A stretch of 50,117 bases of DNA, counting the filler, from Bipalium vagum (Eukaryota): assembly GCA_037834085.1 (NCBI GenBank). It is 3 parts of 3 records of this genome, joined end to end, with 100 filler letters (N's around TTAATTAATTAA, not from the genome) between each part and the next. Parts side by side here need not be neighbours in the genome. Positions count along the whole stretch, not along the records: positions 17,979 to 33,594 come from JBBMKC010155930.1; positions 33,695 to 50,117 come from JBBMKC010111578.1; 1 more part is not named here. One strand, 5' to 3'. The first letter of the stretch is position 1. Each line of letters opens with the position of its first letter. The notes under the pieces were generated by a model. It saw nothing but the letters and a program-made list of their open reading frames with translations, had not been told where the DNA came from and searched no databases. The position numbers and the translations under genes were made by a program. Shown in pieces: positions 27,277-39,343 of this stretch.

Positions 27277-28649
27277 GTTTTTGAGACTTAGGCTAGATAT
27301 CGAGGAAATTGTAAGGCTTCGTGAGAATGAGAGTCGTCAATATTTCTGTAAAAGTGTAATTAAAGTTTGTTCTTTGTTTTTCAAATTACTCGCACATTTA
27401 AAAGAATGTCTGAAGGCACTTATTTAAACACAATTTTAATCAATTATTTTTATTGATTTTATACTATATTTAATAAAATTGGTTGGGAATCCCTTTCTAA
27501 AAAAAATAATTTTAAAATTAATTTTTTGTCAGTATCATTTATTTAGGTTAGTACGATTTTATTTTGGATTTATTGATAAATTTTAATTCAGTTAAATAAC
27601 ATTTTTACACTTTCTCAAATTCCTTTTTATAAAGATCTATTTTTCTGCTAAACTTGATCTTGAAATATTTTTGTAGTATCATTTTTTACGGTTATTATTC
27701 AAATATTTTTAAAAATTGGTTTTTTAAGATTGTTTTTAATCAACTAAAAAGTATGAAATACGAAGAACATAATCATATGATTTCATTGACGTTATTAATG
27801 AAACGCCCATAAAAAATACATGTTCATAAATATTTCATTCATAAAATAATCAAGTCATTTATGCAAGGTAACAAAATAAGTTGATATCCTATCGAAAATT
27901 ATTTAACTTTCAGTTTTTTACAAAAAGATGAAAATTGACAAATATCATTGATCTCACAAAGACTTTGAGACGAAGAAGCATCATCTCATTCGACTGATTG
28001 TTCTTTTTATGTTTTCAAGATGTACTTAAATCAATAGTGTAAGATTTTGGAGGCTTTTAACAAAGTGTCAAAATGATATATTCATCCTCGATAATGGACG
28101 AAGTTTTAAAGTTGATATATCATTTTTCCTGATAGGGTTGTTTACCCAGCATTAATTAGACAATTTAAACAAATGGTCATGGTTAAATGAATATTGAATT
28201 GAATGTGGTTTAATTAATTTTTCGTCATTTAATTAAGTTCTTAGAGTAATTATGTTTTTTTAAATTGAATAGATTTTATAAAAAAGATAAGAGTTTTGAG
28301 AGAAATTATAGATAAGAATTTACTTAATTAACAGTAGTATTATATATAGGTCCAAAAAGATTTTCATTAAAAGAGGTATTAAAAATAAAATTAACTCTTA
28401 ATAATTTATTGGTTTCATCTTTGGTATATGTTTGATTCTAAATATGTAATGCAATCCTTTTAAGGACATTTCACGACTTTAACCCTGCCAACCAAAGATA
28501 CCTCGTGGGTGTGTCCGTCTAATTAGCCAGGTAGAATTTGATGATATGTTTTTGACGATTACTCTAATTTTTAAACTCTTAATCTTAATTGTAATTTGTG
28601 CCAAAATTATCCTCTCACATTGAAAACGACTAATAAAAGCATTCATTTA

Positions 28650-29849
28650 TAGTTATACTGAATTTCTATTGCCACGTCATAATTTATATATAGGTAATGT
28701 ATATGTATTTTATATGGGTTTCATAATCATGCGGATTTCTATATAGAATAAAATGGATAATATTTGCTTACAGTACGCTTAAAGATTTTGAAAAAGTACG
28801 CAGCTGTGTAGAGACCACAAAACTTTAGTACATTGGTGAAATAGATGACAAGAAACTGGGAGTATTGAACGCAAAGAAAGTCCAGGGCGACAGTCTTCAT
28901 ACTAAGTGCATGGAGAGAACAATTTGGCATTCTATTCGGTATTCTCGATTCAAGTCTTGCAGACTTTAAAGACAACAGAACTTATCCTTACAAAGTCTAT
29001 CTTGTAAACGTTAACAGCGCCATGCCATACAGTAAGATTTTTTGCTCATTTAATCAGATTATTAAAACTCCATTGACTCGACAAAATTTTTCAAACCGCT
29101 TAATTTAGTGCAATGAAAGACTTTATTGGTCTAATGAAAGTTGACAGAAAGTGATTTTATCGGTGAATCACAGTTCTGCTTGGATATGCATGATGTAACA
29201 GTTCGAGTCAGACGTCAAATTATAGAGCGGTTTTAAGATTGTCGCAAGTGTACAACACCACCGATTTAGCGGAGGCTCAATTATAGTATGGGCGGCTATA
29301 TCTTCTCAACAATTAAACCCTTTGGTGATTATTGATAGGACTTTGAATGATGAAAAGTATGCCAAAGAAATCATTTAAAAAAAATAAAATCATCATTAAT
29401 GAAACAGCACAACAACTTCTGGTTCTAGCATGACAACACAAATCTTATGTCTGATGGCCTTCGAGCTCTGATCTCTCCATTACATAGCATTTGTGGGATG
29501 TACTTGGCAGAATATCATAAACTGCGTTTGCGGAACCACTAGTTCCCAGAAATCTATAAAACATCGACTGAAAGACGGTGGAATTTAATTCCTTTTGAAA
29601 ACGTTAAGTCTTTGTTCGACAATATGCCACTCCGAATTGTAGAATGTGTCTGAAAAGAATGGTGGTCATAAATCTTAGTGATGGGAATTTTATCAATAAA
29701 TGTTTTTTTGACATTTGTATGTTTGTTTTTAACAAGGTTAACTTTGTAGGAACTGTAAATGTCAAATTATAATTTGACCTTATAATTATTGTGTTTTTAA
29801 ATCACTTTTCTAAATGGGGGGGGGGGTAGAATAATTTTTGCGCTCAGTA
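28650..29849 (+). mobile_element. Degenerate Tc1-family transposon
   Basis: TGSIERKESPGR, W..KVILS (FSDES region), FSGGSIIVWAAIS, HDN, HLWDVLG, MPLRIVECV..GGH. Right TIR GTAGAATAATTTTTGCGCTCAGTA followed by TA; left end uncertain. Confidence 0.75.
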
Positions 29850-29879
29850 TAGTTGCGCAAACTGTAGAAACGCTATTTG

Positions 29880-30531
29880 ACATATCTGAAACACGACGTC
29901 TCATAATCACTTACAATTGGGTTAATATGATCTGGTACTACAATATTCAATACGAGCTGTGTTTTGGTCTTCATTTAATGCATGGGAAACAAACTTAGCA
30001 CAAACCTTTCTTTCACCAAAATCTTTCATTAAAATTGTCCAAATGGTAAAGACACTTGTATTTAATACTACTAACCTTCTCACAGTCATTCTACCATCAA
30101 AAGCAATGATTTCATATACTTTCCCCACCAAATGTGGACGATTTTCAACATCGAGTTGTCCAGGGTTTTCAATGTCATTTAAATCATCACGACCATTTTT
30201 AAATCGTGTATACCACGTATAAACTTGTGAGCGAGACATACAATCTTCACCTTACACTTGTTGCAGCAATTCATAAGTCTCTGTAAATTTTTTCCAGATT
30301 TACAAAGAAAATTTAATATTTGCTCTTTGTTCCATTGTAAATCTATGACATAGCATGACTTATACCTTTATTTAAATGCAAATAGAATTCCACCCTGTTA
30401 TCCGAATAAAATTAATTTGATGATTGTCAAAGATGGATGATGTCGTTTTAAATTAAAGATTGTTTTAAACAAACGAAACTTTTAGTATATGATTTAAATC
30501 AAAAGTTCGGTTATTTATATAACATACCATG
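29880..30531 (-). mobile_element. mariner (irritans-like) 5' half with TIR
   Basis: MEQRANIKF near 30334; ORF 29922-30239 MSRSQVYTWYTRFKNGR..RKVCAKFVSHAL; terminal CATGGTATGTTATATAAATAACCGAACTTT. Confidence 0.85.
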
Positions 30532-30534
30532 TAT

Positions 30535-31100
30535 GACATACTCTTCTCAACCATTGATGACTTTCTGCCAACGTTCAAATGACTTGTCAATTCCTCAATA
30601 GAGAAAGCCAGGTATATTAAAAAAGACAATTTTGAATATGAACATTATTTTAAAGGAACTTCTAAACATAATCTTCGAAAGAAATTAAAAGAGACCTTAA
30701 GGGGCTAGATCACGTGAATAATCTGTTGGAATTTAAATTTCCAACATGAGTTTGCCAATGAATGATTTGAGTAATGTAGAGGCTTGTGATTCGATATTGT
30801 CAGGTTGGAGATATTTACTGAACCTTCAGAATTGATGGTCTTGGTATCAGCGTACTCGAAGCTAATCCTTGTAAAAGAAAAGTGTTAGGGTAAAGTTTGA
30901 AAGGAAATTCAATTAATGTTACCCATGAAAATAAAAACGAATTTTGTATGAAGGTATTCTCAGGTACCAAACCACTTCTTCATTTTTAAGTTGTGCAAAA
31001 CTGTCTTTTTCTCTTGTCCATTTTGAAGGGTTTACATGATTAATGTTATTTTATATAACTTATATATTATTTTTACTCATATTACTAAAATATTACAAAT
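30535..31100 (-). mobile_element. mariner 3' relic
   Basis: YSRDLAP (cf. YSPDLAP) and GIDKSFERWQKVING..EY C-terminus. Confidence 0.65.
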
Positions 31101-31669
31101 TACAAAGTTATCTATCACAAAAACAACGATTTTCTTTGTAAAGCATCATAATTGTTCAATAAACTTGTCGATCAAGTAACAGAAAAGAAGGAAAACAATG
31201 GGATTCACACGGAAATTTGGCTTCAATAGCGTTTTATGGTCTATTGTCAGGACAGAGGGGCTTGGTAACTGGAACATGCAACGTAGAAATGGAGAAGGAA
31301 ATGTTTCTTTGTTATCTTCCACCTTTTGTTAAATTGTTATTGACATCGCGCTGTAGGCTCAGGTATCTAGAGATTTGCCCTACTTAAATAAGGAAGATCA
31401 AGACGTAAGTAAGAGATTCTTAAAATAGAGAAGACATGAGGAAGAGCTTAATTTCAGGGGTAGATTGTTTTTCAGATGGGGGAAATATTCTAATTTACAT
31501 AATATCATATTTAAAATAATTATATATAATAATGAGATTAAAAAATAAAGTGGAGGCACTTTCAAATTGCGCCTAATTTTTAATTTTATTAACAAATCAA
31601 ACAATGTTCTTTTGATAATTTTTATTGATAATTAATTAATGATTTATTGCATTTTTAAAAATGGCTTCT

Positions 31670-32010
31670 TATACAGTACTTGTACATCTCAACAACGTTT
31701 TCAGATTGTGGAATTATTTTATGAAATTGGGCGCTCAATGAAAAATGTCTACAGAAAATGATGCAATTTTTCGGTCGACAAAACTGTCCATCTGAAAGTA
31801 CGATTTTCAAATTATTCAAAGATTTCAACAACTGATCAGTAGAAAATATATACGAGGGTTTTAACAAAAGTTCTCGGATTAAAATTTACTGACGACTGGT
31901 TGGGGTTGATCACGAGAACTTTTGTTAGAACCCTCGTACATTAATATCCATGAAATTAGATAATATTACTATTTTTTAACAATGAAAAATTTCTGAAAAA
32001 TCATCCTTAA
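31670..32010 (+). mobile_element. rosa/DD41D N-terminal relic
   Basis: TSQQRFQIVELFYEIGRSMKNVYRK..FFGRQNCPSESTIFK; interrupted by the MITE below. Confidence 0.65.
31853..31936. mobile_element. 84-bp mariner-type MITE (MADE-like)
   Basis: 24-bp TIRs CGAGGGTTTTAACAAAAGTTCTCG and CGAGAACTTTTGTTAGAACCCTCG (23/24), 36-bp spacer, TA on both sides (31851-52, 31937-38). Confidence 0.9.
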
Positions 32011-32179
32011 AATCGTTTTTTCAAATGTTGTGTCGAACATTTAAAAAGGAAGAACCATTCACATTGATATCAGTTGTGAAAAATGAAAATAAAAATATTA
32101 TGATGATTAAAACGAAAGAGAAATAATAAAAAAATTAAAATTGAGACAACGAAGAAGGAGAACATTTCTATAAACTCCC

Positions 32180-32305
32180 AAACTCGGCATGCCGTTCCTT
32201 AAGGCGAAGGAATTTTCTCTGACTCGATTTCTATTGGTCCGTTGAGTCGGTGTGCGAAACTTTCCCGAATATATATTGGATGACGTCGACGAGCGAGCAG
32301 TGAGG
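32180..32305 (+). promoter_or_regulatory. Putative promoter of the 32308 gene
   Basis: CpG-rich island in AT-rich DNA with two inverted CCAAT boxes (ATTGG at 32233, 32275), TATATA at ~32268 and CRE-like TGACGTCG at 32281. Confidence 0.4.
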
Positions 32306-32307
32306 TA

Positions 32308-33099
32308 ATGCTCCTAGCGTCATATTATATAATAACGTACTTCATGAGGTTGGTGACATCGGATACGGCCAGTTACCTTTCGTGCGCATCACTGTGTTAC
32401 AATTCCAACCGAAAATATTTTATTCTGAATAGTGGTTCCTGCTCTTTGTCCACCGAACAACGTTCGTCAACAACGAAATCCATGCACGGACAGATCTTTA
32501 AAAAGCAAGAAGAATTAATTCTGTTTAGAATCGTGGCCGGCAGTCAAGTCAAACCGTATCCTTTCTTTTTGAATAATATTAATAATGATAAAAACAATGA
32601 TTATGAGAAAGGAAATTACAGAGGTATGATTCTAGACCAATGGGATAAAATGCGACCTTTACGAATGAGGGTGAGCATTAAAGATGACAAGGACAAGGTG
32701 GTTGCTTGGCTTGTTTTTTCGGTGTCTGAATTGGACACGATGACATCTTGGTTTACAAAAGAGAAGCTTGTTGATTCTTCTCCTTGGGACATAAATTATT
32801 TGCGGGAGATAAAGTATAAGGCATTTAACATGAGCGACAAGGCTTCTCCGAAAGATTTAAATGTACAAAAATTATTTTACATGAACCTTTTTGAGTGCGG
32901 ATGCAGTACGGATTTCGGAATCATCGTTGTAAAAACGACCTCGGATTTCTGTGACAAAAGTCGCAAACAGAATGAATATCCCAGGATTCTGTACGTGGAT
33001 ATTGATGGTCAAGGTGGAAATTTAATGGCCAATCCCACGGCCGGGAAATCTTTAGAAATATCCGCCCTGTACAGTCCGAAGATTTCCTTTTACGCTTAG
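32308..33099 (+). CDS. Intronless, probably secreted uncharacterised protein (263 aa): signal peptide, PAN/apple-like CxxxC, unnamed conserved domain
   Basis: Long GC-elevated ORF in stop-rich DNA; hydrophobic N-terminus; SCASLC; motif string LFRIVAG..NYRGMILDQW..VAWLVF..SWF..KLVDSSPWD..GCSTDFGIIVV..C..YPRILY. Confidence 0.75.
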   Translation: MLLASYYIITYFMRLVTSDTASYLSCASLCYNSNRKYFILNSGSCSLSTEQRSSTTKSMHGQIFKKQEELILFRIVAGSQVKPYPFFLNNINNDKNNDYEKGNYRGMILDQWDKMRPLRMRVSIKDDKDKVVAWLVFSVSELDTMTSWFTKEKLVDSSPWDINYLREIKYKAFNMSDKASPKDLNVQKLFYMNLFECGCSTDFGIIVVKTTSDFCDKSRKQNEYPRILYVDIDGQGGNLMANPTAGKSLEISALYSPKISFYA

Positions 33100-33517
33100 A
33101 TATGATGCCAGAGGCCACTTGTTGGAGCTGTGACATTTGGAAAACTTTGATAACATTAGACCTGGATCTCAATGCTTTGATTACATTAAAAAACTGCTAT
33201 CTTTGTTCTGTTGGTCCCGCATCCTTTTATGTTTTCCTCTTAATGTTCATTATATTACGTTTTTGTTAGAAATATAGAGATTGTTAGACTTGGTCTTTTA
33301 TTCGGTCAAGGGAGCACTGTGAGCATGTAAAAAACGATGGTGACAAAGTAAAATTATTAGCAGGAGTCGTACAATTTACGCAGACGTGTTTTTTATAGAG
33401 GGAACCTAAACTATTCTGAATGAAGGGAAACGAAGGAATGGTGACCAGGACACCTTTTCATCAGATGAATTCCTCTTCATTTTAATATTTTAAGTTTCCT
33501 CTAAAACTCCCCAATCA

Positions 33518-33594
<77 letters not shown>
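33518..33594. repeat. (TTA)n microsatellite abutting the gap
   Basis: Seen directly. Confidence 0.95.
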
Positions 33595-33694
33595 NNNNNN
33601 NNNNNNNNNNNNNNNNNNNNNNNNNNNNNNNNNNNNNNTTAATTAATTAANNNNNNNNNNNNNNNNNNNNNNNNNNNNNNNNNNNNNNNNNNNN
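33595..33694. other. Assembly gap with artificial six-frame-stop linker
   Basis: 44 N + TTAATTAATTAA (33639-33650) + 44 N. Confidence 0.97.
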
Positions 33695-33771
33695 AGTTTG
33701 AATAAATACAACTATAAGTTTGAATAAATACAACTATAAGTTTGAATACATACAATTATAAGATTGAATAA
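33695..33771. repeat. 22-bp minisatellite, ~3.5 copies, truncated by the gap
   Basis: Unit AGTTTGAATAAATACAACTATA, two perfect copies then diverging copies. Confidence 0.9.
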
Positions 33772-34299
33772 GCCTGTAATAATTATTAAATGTATTAATT
33801 ACTGAAAGGATAAACAAATTTAGATGACTCCACACCAAGAAAAAAAACTAACCATATTTTCCTCCATAATTGGCCCCATGCTTTTGATGTGGAGATTGAT
33901 TACTATCTCCAAAGGATTATCTGGGAATGATGAATTATTTTAATATTAATAATTTTAATAAAACATTTTACGGTAAAGGAAAAAACAATTAATTTCTACC
34001 AATTTGAAGTTTCAATTTATTATTTAAATTAGTAATTTGGACATGTTCCATGTACTTCTTGTTTAAATAATACAAATTATTTTGTTAATATCAATTGGCT
34101 TACTATTAATAAGACAAGATATTTCTCGAATAAATTTATTAAGTGATAAAACAATTAATATTTGAAAATTTTCCGAGGCCTAGAAATTTTTTTAATTATA
34201 AAATAAGTTAACTTTTAAAATTTAAATTAAAATTCATATACTTTTTATTTTTTTTAAAGTATTTTATTGTAATTATTTTAAAAATGAATTATGCTAAAC

Positions 34300-36371
34300 A
34301 TTAAGTAACGTCTTTTCTATAATTAAAGCCCGGGCTTGTATAAAGGATGGATGAATTTGAAGCCACCCTGGCTTCTACAGTAGTGACAATTAAATTAAGG
34401 CCACTATTAAAAAATAAAGATAAAGTATAAAGATATATATAATAGATCCTAATAATAACATTTAATATTAACATTTTTATAGTGGTGACAATGTACAATT
34501 TCAAAAAAACATCCTGGAAACGACTTAGTACATCAATAGCAAAAATTTAAAGAAAAGAAATTGAAAAAATATTGTGGATAAGTTAAAAGCTAACACTGAT
34601 ATAAGCTATAACTATAAATAAGACTAAAAATCATAGTTGAAAGTACCAGAAATTTGTCTACAAAGGTTCATTTTGATTATATATACTAAAATTTAATTTA
34701 AGAAGGATATTGTTCGGTTTTTCGAATGTTATGCGAAGAAAAAGTGAGACTGTTACAGAGTTGAGTTTATTTTATAAAGCCAAACAATTAAAGACATAAT
34801 TAAAAAATAAAGATAAATGTTTACAAAGGGATAAGACGAATCCCTAGTTTATTTATCGAACGTTGATTGAAAGTTATAACCGGTTGTTTTAAACTTGAGA
34901 AACTCAAAAATGTTTTAAAAATAATTTTTGTTATTACGGCATTGTTTTTGTTTTTAGAGAAATTGATCATACCTTTCGTTCGATCTTAAAATTGACATTC
35001 AATCCCACTGAAAGTACAGCCTATTATATTTTAATTATATTCTTTCAATTTTGGAAAGCCTATTTATGTTAAGTCATTTTCAAAATGATAAATGTCTGAG
35101 AGAGCATTTATCGATTTCTGATATTTATTATCGGTCTTTTACTAAAAAATATTTTTAGAATTTTAATTTGTTAGTAATAATTAACGATTAATTTACTCAT
35201 TATTTTAACTTGAAGTTTTTTTTATTATATATTTATTAATATTAATTTGAAAAATAAACAAAGTGAATTATTGTCGAAATTTAAAAATGTCATCATTTTA
35301 ATTTTAATTAATAAAATTTTCTTCACAATTATCTCTAAAAAACTTGACAGACTCGTCATCATTAATATTTTCTTTCCAATTAAAATACATTGTCTATTAA
35401 TATTAAATATCTTATTAAATTTACTGAAAGAAATTTATTTTCATTCTTGAGGGCTGCTAACGATTAAAGCTGTTTAATATTTCACTTTGTGAAATTAAAG
35501 ACTAATTAATTGTTAACCTTCAAAATGAAAATCAAAACATAATGAGGAATATTATTTAACAATAAACACCGTTTATTAATTATATTTTACAGGATAACCA
35601 ATTACGTAAACAAACTAACAAGTTAACGCAACTAAGTTCGAGTGATGAACGCGTCTTGTTAACAGTATAACCAGCAGAGCTTAAGATTCGTTCACATGAA
35701 ACCGAACCTATCTTTGCCAAAACAGTTAATTTTGAGGAATAAATGATTTATTATCATAAATGGTTAAGACGTTTTATGATAGAAAATCGATATAAAATAT
35801 TTTCAACACAATTAATAAAACAAATATTATAAAAATTTTAAAAGTATATGAGTATGAGTATAAAGTACTTAACTTTGTTGAGGGATTTGTGGTTATGAAA
35901 TATGTGAAATTTTAAATAAATATAAATAAAGAAAAACAATTATATTCCATTGAATAATAATTGTAAATAATTTTATTTATAAATAATATTATGATAATTA
36001 TTATTATGAGATTAATAAAATATTTTAAAAATATCAAAAACTCTTGTTGAAAATGTGGAACTCTTCAGATTTTATAGATTACACAATTTAAAAAAACAAT
36101 TTTTTAAATAATTAATTTATAAAATGTAAAAATTACTTTTTCTAAAATTTGGTATAATATTGCTGTCATAGTAAGTTTCGTTTAATATTGTATCAAGAAT
36201 TTTTGAAGCTTTCCAAAATCGAGGTAACGTATTTTCTGCAGACCTTGAGAGGCAAATCATTGATACATTTTTCACTTTAAAAGAATCCTACATTTTTATT
36301 TCATATGAATTGATAATAAGATTCCAAAAGTTGCTCAAGATGAAGGCTGCAGTCAAGTATACTTTGTGCAT
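34300..36371 (-). pseudogene. Decayed Cys-loop ligand-gated (GlyR/GluCl-like) anion channel subunit
   Basis: Collinear exon relics: 36137-36371 signal-like peptide, in-frame TAG, then SKILDTILNETYYDSNIIPNFRK with a phase-1 donor (cf. GlyR YDARIRPNFKG); ~35310-35393 TMYFNWKE..SVK; 34973-35020 TFSGIECQF/KIERK with GTATGA donor; ~34480-34515 FLKLYIVTT (M1); ~34330-34405 TVEARVA..ILYT (M2). No intact Cys-loop exon found. Confidence 0.6.
35590..35740 (-). mobile_element. hAT transposase C-terminal dimerisation-domain fragment
   Basis: SVSCERILSSAGYTVNKTRSSLELSCVNLLVCLRNWL matches the hAT S..ER.FS.AG....R.SL....V..L motif. Confidence 0.75.
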
Positions 36372-37469
36372 TATTACAATGTTTACTGTAAAATGTAGAA
36401 AATATTCAAATTATTTAACTTAGTTTTCATATAATTGGTGAATCGTTTTTTCAGCCAATTACAATTAAACAATTTATAATAATAAAAGTAATAATTTAAA
36501 ATTATTAACCGAACTTGCCAATACTACCCTTCACTATCTCGTGTATGTACTTCGCAAGAAAACTTTTAAAACACATAAAATAATAACTTTTATTAATCCC
36601 AAAATACTTTTAACAAAATTGCTGAAAGTTGTCAATAGAATCGAAGAATAGATCAATGTAAAGTTATTTTAAATGATATATCAATACTAAGAAGATATAA
36701 AATAATTAATATCAGCGGAATAAATTTTTAATTCAATGATGAGAAATCAGAGTGTCCTTTAAAAAATCGATTAATCGATAAAAGAATAATGAAATTTATG
36801 TCAATGAATTAAGGAACTCATTAAAATCAATAAATTTAAGAAATGAAAATATCTAATTTTAATTCTAAAATTATTTCCTTTAGTCATATATCAACTCAGG
36901 TACCGATGACAAATCTGATGTAGAACATACCAAGCTCGGAACATCAGCATAATCCTTGAAACAATACTTTCACTGGAATCGGATCACAATCGAACAATCA
37001 AAATACGAAACTCAGGTTTTCAGCAATCTGAAAAATTTCCGAATCATGTTCGTTTTACCATATTACCCAAAATAAACTTATGATATAACTTAATGGTCAA
37101 ATATTTTATTCATAAAAAGAACATGAATAAAAAAATAAATAATAAAAAAGTACGAATTTGTGACTTTTATGAAGGCAAAATTGGCTTGTGCACAATTTCT
37201 TTGAATATTTGCTTTCCACGGCCATCCATACAGGTAAAATTGTCTAATCAATTGTCTAAGCGAGTTCTAGCCTTGCGTGTTCCCTTGAATCTTGAATTTT
37301 TATGATTTTATTTTTTTTGATTATATTTTTTGTTATTTTAAAGTCAACTTTTGTATGTTTAAGATCAATAAAGTCAATTTTTATTTTTTATAGGTCAATT
37401 TATTTTTGAATTTCAGAATAAGATAAGTAATTTTTTTGATTAAATCTCAAAGTAAAACCCATTGAACTC

Positions 37470-38520
37470 AAAAGTTTTAACTAATCTATCTGTCAGCTGT
37501 TTAATCCCGCGATATTAGTATTTCTTTTCCACCTTGCCGAAATCATTAAATGTACTCCCTTTGAGAAAAAATGCAATTGGTCGAAAAAGATGATATTCCG
37601 ATGGAGTAAATCAAAACTATATGTAGTAAAAACTAAATAGATTTCAATTCTTTTATTTGTTGTTTGTGATCTGGCATTATCTTGGTGCAAGAGTATGTGC
37701 GTTCTGCTGACCCATGATGGATATTTCTGCCTCTTATTTTTATAGATTCATTCTATCTATGCACAATATAAGTCTCCCTCTTGTTCGAAATCATTTCAAA
37801 GTGAATGACGCATTCAAAATTCCACCAAACGCACAGTAGCATCTTTTTAAGAACAATTTTCTTTTTGGAAATGATTTTCGCCACTTGATCTATATCCAAA
37901 CATTGATTCTTTTTTTCAGCATTGCCAAAGTAGATTTTTTTTCTGAAGTAGAAATTTATTGAATAAAACGATCATCACTGGGATTTTTAAAAAGTTTAGT
38001 GTATTCTTCAATACGTCTCATCGCTTAATATTCTGTTAAATTTGAGGCACTTCTCTGCAACGCTTGTTAACCTTACCGATAGCTTTCAGATATCAAACAA
38101 CTATTCTCTGGTTCACATTTAGTTCATCAGACAATCTTCTAGTGCTAGTCAATAGATTATCTTCAACTAATTCATTTTGACATGTCTGCCAAAATGTGAT
38201 TGATTCTAAATGTCGCTGTCACCGTATTTCAATTTTTGAATCACAATTGAGCTACACTATTTGACACAACATCTTCACCTTCCACCTCGAATATTTTTTC
38301 AGCCGCTGCACTGGCACTAAGATCTCTGTTCGATAATGTCAAAGTGTGTTCTGATTTCAAATTTTTCCATAATTGTTAGAACTAAAATAAAACATGAAAT
38401 TAAGTATGATTTTGCACCAGTTCATTTACCTACTTATAGAATACTTAATTACCTCCAAAATAATATATAACTCAATTAATTTAAACTTTTTAAACTGTAA
38501 AAATGAATTACTTTGAAATA
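37470..38520 (-). mobile_element. Degenerate mariner transposon
   Basis: MEKFEIR..SASAAAEKIFEVEGEDVVS..AQL*FKK N-terminus, VWWNFECVIHFE, HQDNARS. Confidence 0.8.
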
Positions 38521-38949
38521 GTTAAACAAAGAAAAGATTTTTTTGACTCGCTCTAAATTTTGAATCCATTAGACAAATTATGTCTCTGATTCTTTTAAAT
38601 AATGAAAATTGGACAGAGTATGTTTTTTATTTAGACCAGAAGGCATAAAAATGGAGTCGCCAAATATGGAAAAAATCATTTCGTTACTTTTTTTAATTAT
38701 TTAGAATTAAATTAATTAACAATCTCAAATTGATAATAATTTCTTTATACATTTTTATTTAATTTAACTTTATAATATGGTCAGTAATTCGAAAATAAGT
38801 ACATAATGTAAAATTAGGTGACATTTTTATGTGAATAAGTTTGAACTCCTATTAAAATAAATTAGTTAGCAAAATCAAGTTCTTAAAAAAAATAATTATA
38901 GGCAATTATAGTTTTATCATTTGTTTATCCGAATTATAAAAATGTCTCG

Positions 38950-39343
38950 AAAATTGAAAATAAAAAAAACTTCGTTGATCGAGTTCCGTTTTTCTCATCT
39001 TGTATACTTTCATCTCTGCTACAGAATTTACAAAACCACCACCGAACTGTTCGTTATACCAACGCCAAAATCGGCATTAGTTTTAGAAGCTGTCTTGCCT
39101 GCTCCAAGACCTTTTTAAAAATTCTTAGAAAAAGATTTCGATTTCTCATCTTGAATGACATGATTTCTAGAGGTTAAAAATAAATTACAAAGTAATTTAA
39201 CCAAAATTTAAGAGCAATACCATATAACAGAAATGTAAGCTTCAAATCGATAATGATTAATATTTATAAATTCATATGTGTAAATAAAATTACAGCAATA
39301 GTGAAGCATTATTGAAATGGTAATTTCTTTTGCACCAACCTAA
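38950..39343 (-). mobile_element. cecropia-subfamily (Hsmar1-like) mariner 5' fragment with TIR
   Basis: RTVRWWFCKFCSRDESIQDE (cf. Hsmar1 RTVQWWFKKFCKGDESLEDE); TIR TTAGGTTGGTGCAAAAGAAATT from 39343, TA at 39344-45. Confidence 0.8.

Noticed and set aside
33695-33771. CRISPR-like array
   Set aside because: Head-to-tail repeats without spacers, eukaryotic context.
36288-36290. Stop-codon reassignment (TAG as sense)
   Set aside because: PKN has ~1200 codons with no in-frame TAG, and two other ORFs end in TAG.
36880-37300. Possible exon or Sola-like transposase relic
   Set aside because: Short open frames with no convincing motif series.
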